The notes under the pieces were generated by a model, which was given only the letters and a program-made list of their open reading frames with translations, searched no databases and was not told the origin of the DNA. A stretch of DNA of 64,000 nt. Origin: an uncultured Verrucomicrobiae bacterium (GTDB taxonomy: Bacteria > Verrucomicrobiota > Verrucomicrobiia > Chthoniobacterales > JAFAMB01). The translations under genes were made by a program, and so were the position numbers. Each line of letters begins with the position of its first letter. Position 1 is the stretch's first letter. Shown one piece after another: positions 21,321-30,731 of the stretch. Where the stretch lies: the NCBI GenBank assembly GCA_963837955.1, contig CAWIPH010000001.1, positions 128,001 through 192,000 on the forward strand. Direction: 5' to 3'.

Positions 21321-21851
21321 CTACTTGGATGCCCCCGCACGCAGGTCCTGTTTCAAGTACTCAAGGACATCCTTAAATCGTGCGAAGTTTTCCGGGTCTG
21401 CATCGACCAAGGCTTCGTGCGCCTCGATCATACAGGCAGCGTGATCCAGTCGGCTGAGATTACTTTCGGAGGAGAGAGTCGAATCCGCAGCAGCACCCGT
21501 CTGATCGGTCGAATCCGCCTTCGATTCAACCGCAAACAGGTTATTTAGTCCAAGGTTCCGAAGTAAATCAGCGTTGCGCTCGTTTACGTTAAAAACTAAC
21601 AGGGAACCGCTGCCGACTTCTCGCAATCGCAGAGCGAGGCCCGCCAAAGTCCCCATGAACGTAGAATCCATTACCGGACATTCCTCCAGATCGATCAAAA
21701 ATGCGCGGTGGCCGCGCTCGAACATCTCTCTGGCAAATTCCTTCAGGGCAGGACTATTTTGAAAAGAGCCCTTCCCTTTAACCTTCACACAAACGGCTTT
21801 TCCGGTAACCCCTACCAGTATGGAAGCTGGTAAACTCACAAACTTACTCAC
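21321..21851 (-). CDS. STAS-domain anti-sigma factor antagonist
   Basis: IDLEECPVMDSTFMGTL phospho-Ser motif. Confidence 0.85.
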   Translation of the reverse strand: MSKFVSLPASILVGVTGKAVCVKVKGKGSFQNSPALKEFAREMFERGHRAFLIDLEECPVMDSTFMGTLAGLALRLREVGSGSLLVFNVNERNADLLRNLGLNNLFAVESKADSTDQTGAAADSTLSSESNLSRLDHAACMIEAHEALVDADPENFARFKDVLEYLKQDLRAGASK

Positions 21852-21900
21852 TATACCTAGTTTGATCTTTTGCTGTCAAATACTCGGACTGAGAACTTGT

Positions 21901-22425
21901 CTATTGCCATACTCTCGACTGGAGCAAGGCCACAATCACTCCGTCTTCAATGAGGACTGCCCGCCATGACGTGATCGGGCCATCTCGTGAATAATCGTCG
22001 CCCACGATGGCAAACTCGGAGGTGTAGTTGCCATGCGCGGCCGGGTAATAGCGTTCTCGGGCCTGGACGTAATTTTTCAAATTGGACTGCCGGTATTCCA
22101 TGCGAAGCGTCAGGTCAGCTGGACGTTTTGCTCTCCACATGAACGTAAAATATTGGCCGGTAAGCTGGTGATTATCTATCGCGTCGATTGCCCCCCACAC
22201 TCGACGCTTGCGCTCGAAAAGAATCGCTAATTCCCGGGTGGGAATCGGCGTGGCGCCCGGTCGGAGCGCAGCATTTCGAAAAATGTCGAATTTCCTGAAC
22301 TCAAAATCGTCGCTTAATGCTAATGGAAGAACTTTGGCCTGCGGCAGTGGAAGCGGATTTTCCGCGCAAACCGAGGCCATCGTCGCGATCAAGCCGATCG
22401 CTCCGGCAAACAATAGCCTTTTCAT
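21901..22425 (-). CDS. Hypothetical exported protein
   Basis: ORF with a signal peptide, co-oriented at the head of the STAS-PP2C-grpE-dnaJ run. Confidence 0.7.
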   Translation of the reverse strand: MKRLLFAGAIGLIATMASVCAENPLPLPQAKVLPLALSDDFEFRKFDIFRNAALRPGATPIPTRELAILFERKRRVWGAIDAIDNHQLTGQYFTFMWRAKRPADLTLRMEYRQSNLKNYVQARERYYPAAHGNYTSEFAIVGDDYSRDGPITSWRAVLIEDGVIVALLQSRVWQ

Positions 22426-22618
22426 ATTTGGCCCATCGCCTCCTACCTACGAGACGACGCGCTACCGTGTCAATCGGTAGTTTGGTACTGGCGAATCTGT
22501 TGGTCGCGACTTTTTACCCAGATCGACGTCGCGATCGGATGCTGGCCACGCAGGAGCCCGCCCTGGAACAAAATTTCTCAGCACCGCCTAATCAGATTTC
22601 CGCAATATATTGCACTAA

Positions 22619-25288
22619 ATGATTGCTCTCCGCTATGAACGTGGGGTCCACTTACCCTCTCTCGACCTCTGGCTGGATCCTTGGGATGAGCGGCCCACGG
22701 CCTTTGTCTCCCACGCTCACACGGATCATATCGGCAATCACCGGGAAGTAATCCTTTCCGCGGTTACCGCCAAGTTAATGACTGCCCGGTTACCGGGAGA
22801 ACGCGTCGAGCATCAACTCGATTTCAAAGTTCCTTTCTTATTCCGCAATGCGGAACTGACCTTGTATCCGGCAGGCCATATCTACGGGTCTGCTCAGGCG
22901 CACATAGCGATCGGAAATGAAACTCTGCTCTATACGGGTGACTTTAAGCTGCGGAAAGGCAAGTCGGCCGAACCAATTGAATGGCGTCAGTCTGACACCC
23001 TCATTATGGAAACGACCTACGGCCTACCGCGTTACGTCTTCCCGTCAACCGATCTGGTAGTCGGGCAGCTAGTGAAATTCTGCGCCGAGACTATCGAGGA
23101 CAACGCTACCCCGATACTATTTGGTTACTCGTTGGGGAAAGCCCAAGAGATCCTGGCTGCTCTTTATGGGTCAGGATTCCGCATTCTGCTTCACCCGAGC
23201 GTCTTTCAGATGACCAAGTTATACGAAGCGCTTCAGGACAAACTCCCCCCATATTCATTGTTCCGTCCCGACGATTTGTCCGGGAGTGTTTTCATCTGTC
23301 CGCCCAGCGCTAATCGAACAAAATTGGTTCAGAGCATAAAGTCCCGACGAACAGCCATGCTAACTGGTTGGGCTCTAAATCCCGGAGCCAACCATCGATT
23401 CCAATGTGATGCCGCATTTCCTCTTTCGGACCACGCGGACTATTCTGATCTTTTGAAATATGTCGACTTGGTTCAACCACGTCGGGTGCTTACTTTACAC
23501 GGATACGCGCGCGAATTTGCGGAGGATCTCCGCCGCCGCGGAGTGGAAGCCTGGGCGCTAGGTGAGGACAATCAGTTGGAACTTTCCATGACGCTGGCGG
23601 TTCCGGAAATGCCGGCTCCGGCTGTCTTCATCGCAGCGCAGGGCGAGAATTGTGCGTTTGCCAGATTCGTTGCGGTCTGCGAAGCGATCAGCCAAGTCAC
23701 CGGCAAGCTGCGAAAGATCGAACTTTTAGCTCAATATTTGCGCACTCTCGATCCGGAAGACTTAAGGACGGCAAGCATTTATCTGACCGGCCATCCATTC
23801 TCTCGAGCCGATGATCGAGTACTGCAAATTGGCTGGGCGGTCATACGGAAATCTCTCATGCAGGCTGCCGCCATTTCTGAGCCTGAGTTTCGCCGAATTT
23901 CAGCCGGATATGGAGACGCCGCCAAAATTGCTTACGAAGTCTTGCTCGGGAAAACGACACCGCGCCCCTTCTCGATTGGCGAAGTAAGATCCCAATTCGA
24001 GAAGATCGAGCAGGCCTCCGGACCGACCGGTAAGACAGCTCTTCTCACAGCCTGGCTAAAGGAGCTAGATGCGGCCCGAGCAAGTTACGTGATTAAAATA
24101 TTGGGCGGGGACCTGAGAATCGGACTGAAAGAAGGTTTAGTGGAAGAGAGTATTGCAGCCGCCTTTGCCGCTGAGCTGGACCAGGTACGCGAAGCTCACA
24201 TGCTGACTGGAGACCTCGGCGAAACAGCTGTTCTCGCTTTGCGGAAGTCGCTGGATTCAGCTTCGGTAAATCTGTTTCGACCGATCAAATCGATGCTGGC
24301 GATTGCGGAACCAGCTGCAGACGCGGTTGCAAAACGGCTCGGCAGCGATTTCGGCCGGGCGCATGCGTTCGCAGAACAGAAATTGGATGGAATCCGAGCT
24401 CAATTGCACGTGGGTGAGAACCGGATTCGCGTTTATAGCCGAGATCTGCGAGACATTTCCGAAGAATTTCCAGAGCTAACTCACCTAAGATTCTCGCAAC
24501 GCATTATCCTGGACGGCGAGATTTTGGCGTTCAGGAAAGAAAGGAAGCTTACTTTCTTTGATCTGCAGAGACGACTGGGCCGAAAACGACATCTCGATCT
24601 ATTTGAGACCGACGATGTGCCGATAGTGTATGTCGCTTTCGATCTGCTCTGGCTCGATGGCAAGAGCCTACTGAAAGAGCCGCTTCATTATCGACGCTCA
24701 TTACTCGAGTCGTTGGAATTGCCAGATATTGTACGCCGGTCCAACATCCGCATGATTTCTACTTCAGAGGAAGTTGAGGCCGCCTTTGTTGCATCCAGGC
24801 GAGCCGGCAACGAGGGACTGATGATAAAAGACCCCGATAGTTTATATCAGCCGGGTCGACGCGGAGGAAGTTGGATCAAGCTGAAGAAGGAATTGGCAAC
24901 TCTCGACGTCGTGGTAGTTGCGGCCGAACAAGGTCACGGTAAACGTAGCCATCTGCTAAGCGATTATACTTTCGCCGTCCGGAACGAGACCAGGAACGCT
25001 CTCGAGATTATTGGGAAAGCGTACTCTGGACTAACCGATTCCGAAATTGAGGAATTAACTGAACATTTTCGCCGGACAACGATCCGGCAGCGAGGCCGGC
25101 TCAATGAAGTAATTCCCGAAATCGTTCTCGAAGTCGCCTTTGCTTCGGTCCAGCCGAGCAGCCGCCATTCCAGCGGTCTTGCGCTCCGCTTCCCGCGAAT
25201 TAAAGCAATTCGCCGCGACAAGACGGTCGGTGAGATCGACACCGTCGAATCCGCCAAGCGACTAGTTGCTACGAGCGAAGCTTTCTAA
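22619..25288 (+). CDS. ATP-dependent DNA ligase fused to an N-terminal MBL/beta-CASP nuclease domain
   Basis: SHAHTDH, AGHIYGS, YTGDFK, ETTYG and LSDHAD (beta-CASP), followed by EQKLDG (motif I), ILDGE, AFDLL, EGLMIK, WIKLK and ALRFPR (ligase). Confidence 0.9.
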   Translation: MIALRYERGVHLPSLDLWLDPWDERPTAFVSHAHTDHIGNHREVILSAVTAKLMTARLPGERVEHQLDFKVPFLFRNAELTLYPAGHIYGSAQAHIAIGNETLLYTGDFKLRKGKSAEPIEWRQSDTLIMETTYGLPRYVFPSTDLVVGQLVKFCAETIEDNATPILFGYSLGKAQEILAALYGSGFRILLHPSVFQMTKLYEALQDKLPPYSLFRPDDLSGSVFICPPSANRTKLVQSIKSRRTAMLTGWALNPGANHRFQCDAAFPLSDHADYSDLLKYVDLVQPRRVLTLHGYAREFAEDLRRRGVEAWALGEDNQLELSMTLAVPEMPAPAVFIAAQGENCAFARFVAVCEAISQVTGKLRKIELLAQYLRTLDPEDLRTASIYLTGHPFSRADDRVLQIGWAVIRKSLMQAAAISEPEFRRISAGYGDAAKIAYEVLLGKTTPRPFSIGEVRSQFEKIEQASGPTGKTALLTAWLKELDAARASYVIKILGGDLRIGLKEGLVEESIAAAFAAELDQVREAHMLTGDLGETAVLALRKSLDSASVNLFRPIKSMLAIAEPAADAVAKRLGSDFGRAHAFAEQKLDGIRAQLHVGENRIRVYSRDLRDISEEFPELTHLRFSQRIILDGEILAFRKERKLTFFDLQRRLGRKRHLDLFETDDVPIVYVAFDLLWLDGKSLLKEPLHYRRSLLESLELPDIVRRSNIRMISTSEEVEAAFVASRRAGNEGLMIKDPDSLYQPGRRGGSWIKLKKELATLDVVVVAAEQGHGKRSHLLSDYTFAVRNETRNALEIIGKAYSGLTDSEIEELTEHFRRTTIRQRGRLNEVIPEIVLEVAFASVQPSSRHSSGLALRFPRIKAIRRDKTVGEIDTVESAKRLVATSEAF

Positions 25289-25300
25289 CGCACTAACTAG

Positions 25301-25723
25301 TTATTCCGGGGCAAATTGGCCCGGACCAACCTGTCGCACGCCCTTCAGTCGATAAATTCGGGCGAATAGATTTTTTTTCGGTTCTGGAGAATTAAATTTA
25401 TATCCGTTTTTCATGAGGCCATCCAAGATGTCAGATACGCCCATCGGACCGCTACGTGATTTCAGCACGCGTACAACGGCCGGCGCTAAAGGCCCACTCG
25501 GGGAAGTCGATCGACGACCGCGACCTCTGCCGTTTAACGCTGGCGATCCAGATCGGCGTCCTCGACCCGTCGCACGACTAGCTTTTCTCGCGACCGGAGC
25601 ATGAGGAACAACGGCGGTAAACTCTTCTTTGGTTTCCAGCACTCGATCCAGTTCCGATTGCAGTCGTTCGATTCTCTCCTGAATCTCGGCGGCCTTTCTT
25701 AAGGTAGAGGAAGTTAATTTCAC
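25301..25723 (-). CDS. Small basic putative nucleoid-associated protein (coiled coil + basic linker + winged-HTH-like C-terminus)
   Basis: LRKAAEIQERIERLQSELDRVL coiled coil, R/G-rich linker, and VVRVLKSRSGPMGVSDILDGL...GYKF C-terminus. Confidence 0.65.
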   Translation of the reverse strand: MKLTSSTLRKAAEIQERIERLQSELDRVLETKEEFTAVVPHAPVARKASRATGRGRRSGSPALNGRGRGRRSTSPSGPLAPAVVRVLKSRSGPMGVSDILDGLMKNGYKFNSPEPKKNLFARIYRLKGVRQVGPGQFAPE

Positions 25724-25954
25724 AGCGTAGAAACTATTCCCTGTTCTTTTGATTGCAAGGGACTTTAGCTAACTCACTGCCTACTACGAAGGAGTTAACT
25801 AGGGAACAAGGCCCCGCCAACCGGGTTCGGCCAATCAATGGATCGGATAGTAGGGCCATCGATCAGTTGTCACGGATGCCCCCCCAATTGCTGACAATAA
25901 GGAGGGAAAGCGATTTCTTCTCGTTGACTCTCTCTGAGGGTTGTCTCTTAAGTG

Positions 25955-27079
25955 ATGTCAATGTGCAATGAGGCGATCGCATTCGCTCCCGGACGAGTCG
26001 AACTACTTGGCAACCATACTGACTACAATCAAGGCCTGGTGCTCTCGGCCGCTATCCATCTGGGGGTAACGGTTCGCGCCAGCAGAAACAATTCTCCGCG
26101 CATCACGATAAGCTCCGCCACAAACGGGCGCCGTACAGAAATCGATATTCGAAACATTCAGCCTCTTCGTTCTGAACCCTGGGCAAACTATCCTCTTGGC
26201 GTCATTCGATTGTTGAGGGAGGGAGGCTTTCCTCTCGATGGAACTGCCATCGCGATCGATAGTAACCTGCCACTGGGCGCTGGTCTCTCCAGTTCAGCTG
26301 CCTTGGAGGTCGCTACTGCTTTCGCTCTTCGCGAACTCTATCAACTCCAGATCGGTCCCATGCAAATTGCCAAGCTGTGCCAACGCGCCGAAAATGAGTT
26401 CGTTGGCGTGCAGTGCGGGCTCTTGGACCAGGCGTCTTCGGTGTTCGGCCAAGCCGGTAAAGCAATACTTTTAGATTTTCGCTCGGTCACTGCTGAGCCA
26501 GTTACGTTACCGGCTGAAGCGGCCATTCTGCTGTTGGAGTCGGGCGTACCCCACGCCTTGACCGGTGGAGAGTACAACGAACGCCGCGAACAATGCGCGA
26601 GAGCAGCGGCCGCGCTCGGCGTTAGTGCTCTGCGTGAAACCACAACTGCTGCGGTGCAGGCCGGAGAGATGGATCCTTTGGTGAAGCGACGCGCCTTACA
26701 TATCACCGGAGAAAACGAGCGTGTGACGCTAGGGATTGCGGCGCTCCGCAACGGCGATTTGCAGGCGTTCGGCAAGCTCATGTTCGAATCCCACCGAAGC
26801 TCTCGGGATAATTTTCAAAACAGCACGCCCGCTTTGGATTGTCTGGTAGCAATCGCTGAACAGACGCCCGGTGTTTATGGATCCAGGCTGACCGGCGGTG
26901 GTTTTGGCGGATCGACTGTTTCATTGATTAGCCGAGATCGGGCCGGAGAAATTAGTAAGTCGATTACCGAGCAATACTTTGGACGAACCGGTGTAAGCTC
27001 CACCGCTATGCTTACATTTCCGTCGAAAGGAGCCGGCATTGTCGCCTCAAGCTCGAAGGAAATGACAAATAGCAAATAG
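25955..27079 (+). CDS. galK: Galactokinase
   Basis: APGRVELLGNHTDYN, PLGAGLSSSAA, CGLLDQ, GSRLTGGGFGG. Confidence 0.93.
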   Translation: MSMCNEAIAFAPGRVELLGNHTDYNQGLVLSAAIHLGVTVRASRNNSPRITISSATNGRRTEIDIRNIQPLRSEPWANYPLGVIRLLREGGFPLDGTAIAIDSNLPLGAGLSSSAALEVATAFALRELYQLQIGPMQIAKLCQRAENEFVGVQCGLLDQASSVFGQAGKAILLDFRSVTAEPVTLPAEAAILLLESGVPHALTGGEYNERREQCARAAAALGVSALRETTTAAVQAGEMDPLVKRRALHITGENERVTLGIAALRNGDLQAFGKLMFESHRSSRDNFQNSTPALDCLVAIAEQTPGVYGSRLTGGGFGGSTVSLISRDRAGEISKSITEQYFGRTGVSSTAMLTFPSKGAGIVASSSKEMTNSK

Positions 27080-27222
27080 CAAATTCCCGCTCAGCCGTTC
27101 CGGACGCTCGCACCTCTCACCAATCGCCAATCACTTCTCACCGAGCGCCGGTCCCGACGTTCGTCGTCTGGGAATAAAATTTGCGTTGGGCAACGCAAAT
27201 TTTGGGTTAGGGTCTTGCAGCG

Positions 27223-28158
27223 ATGGAAAAAAGTGTCACTCCTTTGCTGACTGAGCTGCTTGAGTCCTACCGAAGAATCGGGGGCATCAACAATATTGAT
27301 GGTTCCAATCTCCCTTCGAAAAGAGCCGTTGCTCAAATCTGTGACGATCTCCTCCAGATCCTATTCCCAGGGTTTCATGACGAAGAACCGATTCATAGCG
27401 AGGACGTAGAAAAGATTACTTTCGCTCGCGTCCTGAGCGTTGCGGATCGGATGCAGGCCGAAGCCTTCAAAAGCCTGAGAATTCAAGAACCGCAATGCCC
27501 GGAGAAGCGAGCCGAAGCAATCGCACTTCACCTCATCCGCTGTATCCCGAAAATTCGCTTAGCCTTGCGTACGGACGTGGAAGCGGCCTATGAAGGCGAC
27601 CCGGCTAGCAAGAGCTACGAAGAAATCATCGTCAGCTATCCCTGCGTTGAAGCGATCGCCATTCAGCGCATCGCCCACGCCTTGTACTTGCTAGATTTGC
27701 CGTTGCTCCCGCGGATTATGACCGAGTGGGCCCACAGCCGGACTGGAATCGATATTCATCCCGGCGCGCAGATCGGGGATTACTTCTTTATCGATCATGG
27801 AACCGGAGTCGTGATTGGAGAAACCTGTGTGATTGGGGATCACGTGAAGCTCTATCAAGGTGTTACGCTAGGAGCGCGTAGCTTTCAGAAGGACACTGAA
27901 GGCCGGATCAAGAAGGGCGGCAAACGCCATCCTAACGTCGAGGATTGGGTCACGATCTATCAAAATTCTACTATTCTCGGAGGGGAGACAACGATCGGAG
28001 CGCGCAGCACGATCGGAGCGAACGTCTTCCTGATGGAGAGCGTGCCGCCAAACTCGTTGGTGACTAATGAGAAATCGCAGATCAAGATTGTCGCTAAGCG
28101 GGACCGAACCCAACCGCGTGATGGGGCGAAAGACCTACGGCCGGACTACGAGATCTGA
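27223..28158 (+). CDS. cysE: Serine O-acetyltransferase
   Basis: GDPAS, TGIDIHPGAQIG, FIDHGTGVVIGET, KRHP hexapeptide repeats. Confidence 0.92.
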   Translation: MEKSVTPLLTELLESYRRIGGINNIDGSNLPSKRAVAQICDDLLQILFPGFHDEEPIHSEDVEKITFARVLSVADRMQAEAFKSLRIQEPQCPEKRAEAIALHLIRCIPKIRLALRTDVEAAYEGDPASKSYEEIIVSYPCVEAIAIQRIAHALYLLDLPLLPRIMTEWAHSRTGIDIHPGAQIGDYFFIDHGTGVVIGETCVIGDHVKLYQGVTLGARSFQKDTEGRIKKGGKRHPNVEDWVTIYQNSTILGGETTIGARSTIGANVFLMESVPPNSLVTNEKSQIKIVAKRDRTQPRDGAKDLRPDYEI

Positions 28159-28160
28159 TT

Positions 28161-28302
28161 AACGCCGGGATCGCCGAGAGGGCCGGGAACTCCTGCAGTT
28201 GCGAGCAGACGGGTCGTTAAGCGAATTTTGCGCGTATCCTCATGGATTGAGAAATAGGCTGTCCTTTAGACAGTTCTCGGCGTTTCCGGCGTTCTCGGCG
28301 TT
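28161..28302. repeat. Inverted pair of 9-mer tandem arrays with no enclosed gene
   Basis: aacgccggg atcgccgag agggccggg ... ttctcggcg tttccggcg ttctcggcg tt, between convergent genes. Confidence 0.65.
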
Positions 28303-28305
28303 GAC

Positions 28306-28602
28306 TCAATAGAGCTGCTCTTCATGCAGCCCGGAGTCTTCCCGAATCGAGCGGAGGCGTCGGCGAACCCCTAACTTGGAACGGGGTCCGTTGATTAGGT
28401 CGACGATTACTCCGCCTACAGCGGGAACAAACGTGGCAATGGCTACGGCCATTAGCCCGAGCGCTACCGTGTTTTGATTTTTCTTGTCCAGTTTGCTGCC
28501 CAAGAGAATCCCGAAACCACAAGCGATCGTGGCTTGCGACACGCTCAAGAGAGTTGCCGAGGTGAGTGACAAAGTTAGAGTCTTATCGTGCTCGGTCGTC
28601 AT
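28306..28602 (-). CDS. Hypothetical small membrane protein
   Basis: 98-aa ORF with two hydrophobic segments. Confidence 0.65.
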   Translation of the reverse strand: MTTEHDKTLTLSLTSATLLSVSQATIACGFGILLGSKLDKKNQNTVALGLMAVAIATFVPAVGGVIVDLINGPRSKLGVRRRLRSIREDSGLHEEQLY

Positions 28603-28778
28603 ACAAATTCTCGATCAAATAGAATGGGCCTTTACATTTAGCAAAACGACTCGAATGATCGAGTCCAAGCCAGTAAATTTATCGTCAACACTTTATTCTC
28701 TAGGAATGCTCGGGATGTATATTAGAGAAAATTTCAAAAAGGGATTACTGAGCCAATAGTTCAGGCGAGTTTTACGCA

Positions 28779-29840
28779 ATGTCGAATTCTTTTTATGCCC
28801 TCGTTCTAGCCGGCGGAAGCGGTACCCGCTTCTGGCCACTAAGCCGCAAAACTACTCCGAAGCAGCTCCTGCGCCTGTTCAATGAGAGTACCTTATTAGA
28901 AGAGACTCTGCGCCGTCTCGAAGGTCTGGTCCCCTCAGAGAACATCCTGATCCTAACCAACGAGGAACAAGAGGGAGCCGTGCGGGAGCTCCTGAAAAAT
29001 CATCCACGCGAGAACATTTACGCCGAGCCAGCCAAGCGGGATACGGCTGCTGCGATCGCACTCGGCGTCGGGCTGGTCGCCGCTCGAGATTCCGGAGCAA
29101 CGATGGCAGTGCTCCCGGCTGACCATCTGATCACAGATCGTTCGGCGTTTCAGTCTGATCTGCGGGCCGCCGCGGAAGCCGCGGAACAAAGTGGGGATCT
29201 AGTGACTATCGGGATCAAACCGACCTGGGCTTGTCCAGGATTTGGCTATATCGAGAAAGGTGTGAAAACCTTCGGACCAGGGAACGAGCTGTTCGAAGTG
29301 GTCCGCTTCCGGGAGAAACCGGCGGTTGATTTAGCCGAGTCATTTGTTCGAAGCAGTAACTTCTTTTGGAACGCCGGAATTTTCATCTGGACCGTGAAAG
29401 CTATCCTGACCGAGTTGAACCGGCATGCGCCGGAACTCGGAGAATTCGTGTCCTCAGTTCGCCGTTCCGATGATCTGGCCAAGATGCTCAAGAAGCGCTT
29501 TCCTTCGTTACCAAAAATCTCGATCGATTACGCGGTAATGGAAAAAGCCGGTCGAGTATTGGTTAAGCCAGCTTCTTTCGACTGGGATGACGTCGGAAGT
29601 TGGACCGCTGTCGCGAAATATTTTGATCAGCTCCCAAATGGAAACGCGGCGAATTGTCCAGTCACATCCGAAAATGCTGGAAACAATATTGTGTTCTCCA
29701 AAGACAAGCTACGGGTTGCTTTGCTCGGCGTAAATGACCTGATCGTGGTGCAGACGGATGACGCAATCCTGGTTTGCAATCGTCACGAGGTAGAGAATGT
29801 AAAGAAACTTGTAGAGTCTCTTCCTGAGAAACTGCAATGA
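28779..29840 (+). CDS. manC: Mannose-1-phosphate guanylyltransferase
   Basis: LAGGSGTRFWPLSR..PKQ, EPAKRDTA, FREKP, ISIDYAVMEK, WDDVGSW. Confidence 0.93.
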   Translation: MSNSFYALVLAGGSGTRFWPLSRKTTPKQLLRLFNESTLLEETLRRLEGLVPSENILILTNEEQEGAVRELLKNHPRENIYAEPAKRDTAAAIALGVGLVAARDSGATMAVLPADHLITDRSAFQSDLRAAAEAAEQSGDLVTIGIKPTWACPGFGYIEKGVKTFGPGNELFEVVRFREKPAVDLAESFVRSSNFFWNAGIFIWTVKAILTELNRHAPELGEFVSSVRRSDDLAKMLKKRFPSLPKISIDYAVMEKAGRVLVKPASFDWDDVGSWTAVAKYFDQLPNGNAANCPVTSENAGNNIVFSKDKLRVALLGVNDLIVVQTDDAILVCNRHEVENVKKLVESLPEKLQ

Positions 29841-30280
29841 GCGAACGCTGGTTAGGGGTCGACTACGGTGATGCCCGTATCGGACTTGCGGTTTCCGATG
29901 AGCTCGCCTTCTTGGCTCATCCGGCCGCAACCGTGGCCAACAATGCGTCGGCGATGGCGGCGATCCAGGATCTGGTCGTCAAAAAGAATATCACTGGGAT
30001 CGTAATAGGCGTTCCCCGGAATATGAATGGCACGTTCGGTTCTTCCGCCGAGAAAGCGAAGAAATTTGCGGAAGAACTTCGAAAATTGCTACCGGGACAG
30101 CAATTTGTTTTTTGGGATGAACGCTTGACGACGGTCCAGGCCCAACGCGTTTTGCACGGGGCCGGTAAGAACATAAAAAAGAGCCGATCGATAATCGACC
30201 AGGTTGCGGCCCAGATCCTCTTGCAGAGTTATTTAGATTCCTTGCAGATGCCAGGGATCCAGGAAGAATCGGCGGACTGA
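29837..30280 (+). CDS. ruvX: Pre-16S rRNA nuclease / Holliday junction resolvase-like YqgF
   Basis: GVDYGDARIGLAVSD, WDERLTT, IDQVAAQILLQSYLD. Confidence 0.93.
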   Translation: MSERWLGVDYGDARIGLAVSDELAFLAHPAATVANNASAMAAIQDLVVKKNITGIVIGVPRNMNGTFGSSAEKAKKFAEELRKLLPGQQFVFWDERLTTVQAQRVLHGAGKNIKKSRSIIDQVAAQILLQSYLDSLQMPGIQEESAD

Positions 30281-30731
30281 CTACAAATAGTAACAGGGCC
30301 GGCAGACCCCGTCCGGGCGAAAACCGGCAAATCAATCTAAACAATCAAGTTCATGAAGAATCTGATAACAGTCACAACATACCTGTTCCTTCTCGACGAA
30401 GTAATGAATTGGAACGAAGGCCTGAGTTTCCTGGCCGCCTAAATCCTCAAAACAATCTTCGCCACAATTCCCACACTTAGGCTCTTTCATTCTAAGATTT
30501 GCTCTTTTCTATACCGATTGACTCTTAGAGCATGTTTCATACCAAAGTGCCTAACAATAGTCAAGCTAGGGTGCCTACACCCAATGGAGGACGTCGCTCC
30601 ACGCCAGTGAGATGTTTGGGGTTCTGGACGACCGTTGAAGCCTTTCCAGCCGGTTACCGCCTTGTTGTTGGTCAGACGCTTATCCCTACGAATTCCGAGG
30701 TCGATTCCCGCTGCATGACCGACCCATCCCC

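Noticed and set aside
30281..30731. tmRNA, suggested by an ORF ending FLAA*
   Set aside because: No tRNA-like acceptor or T-arm ends (GGGG...GGTTCGA...CCA) were found on either strand.
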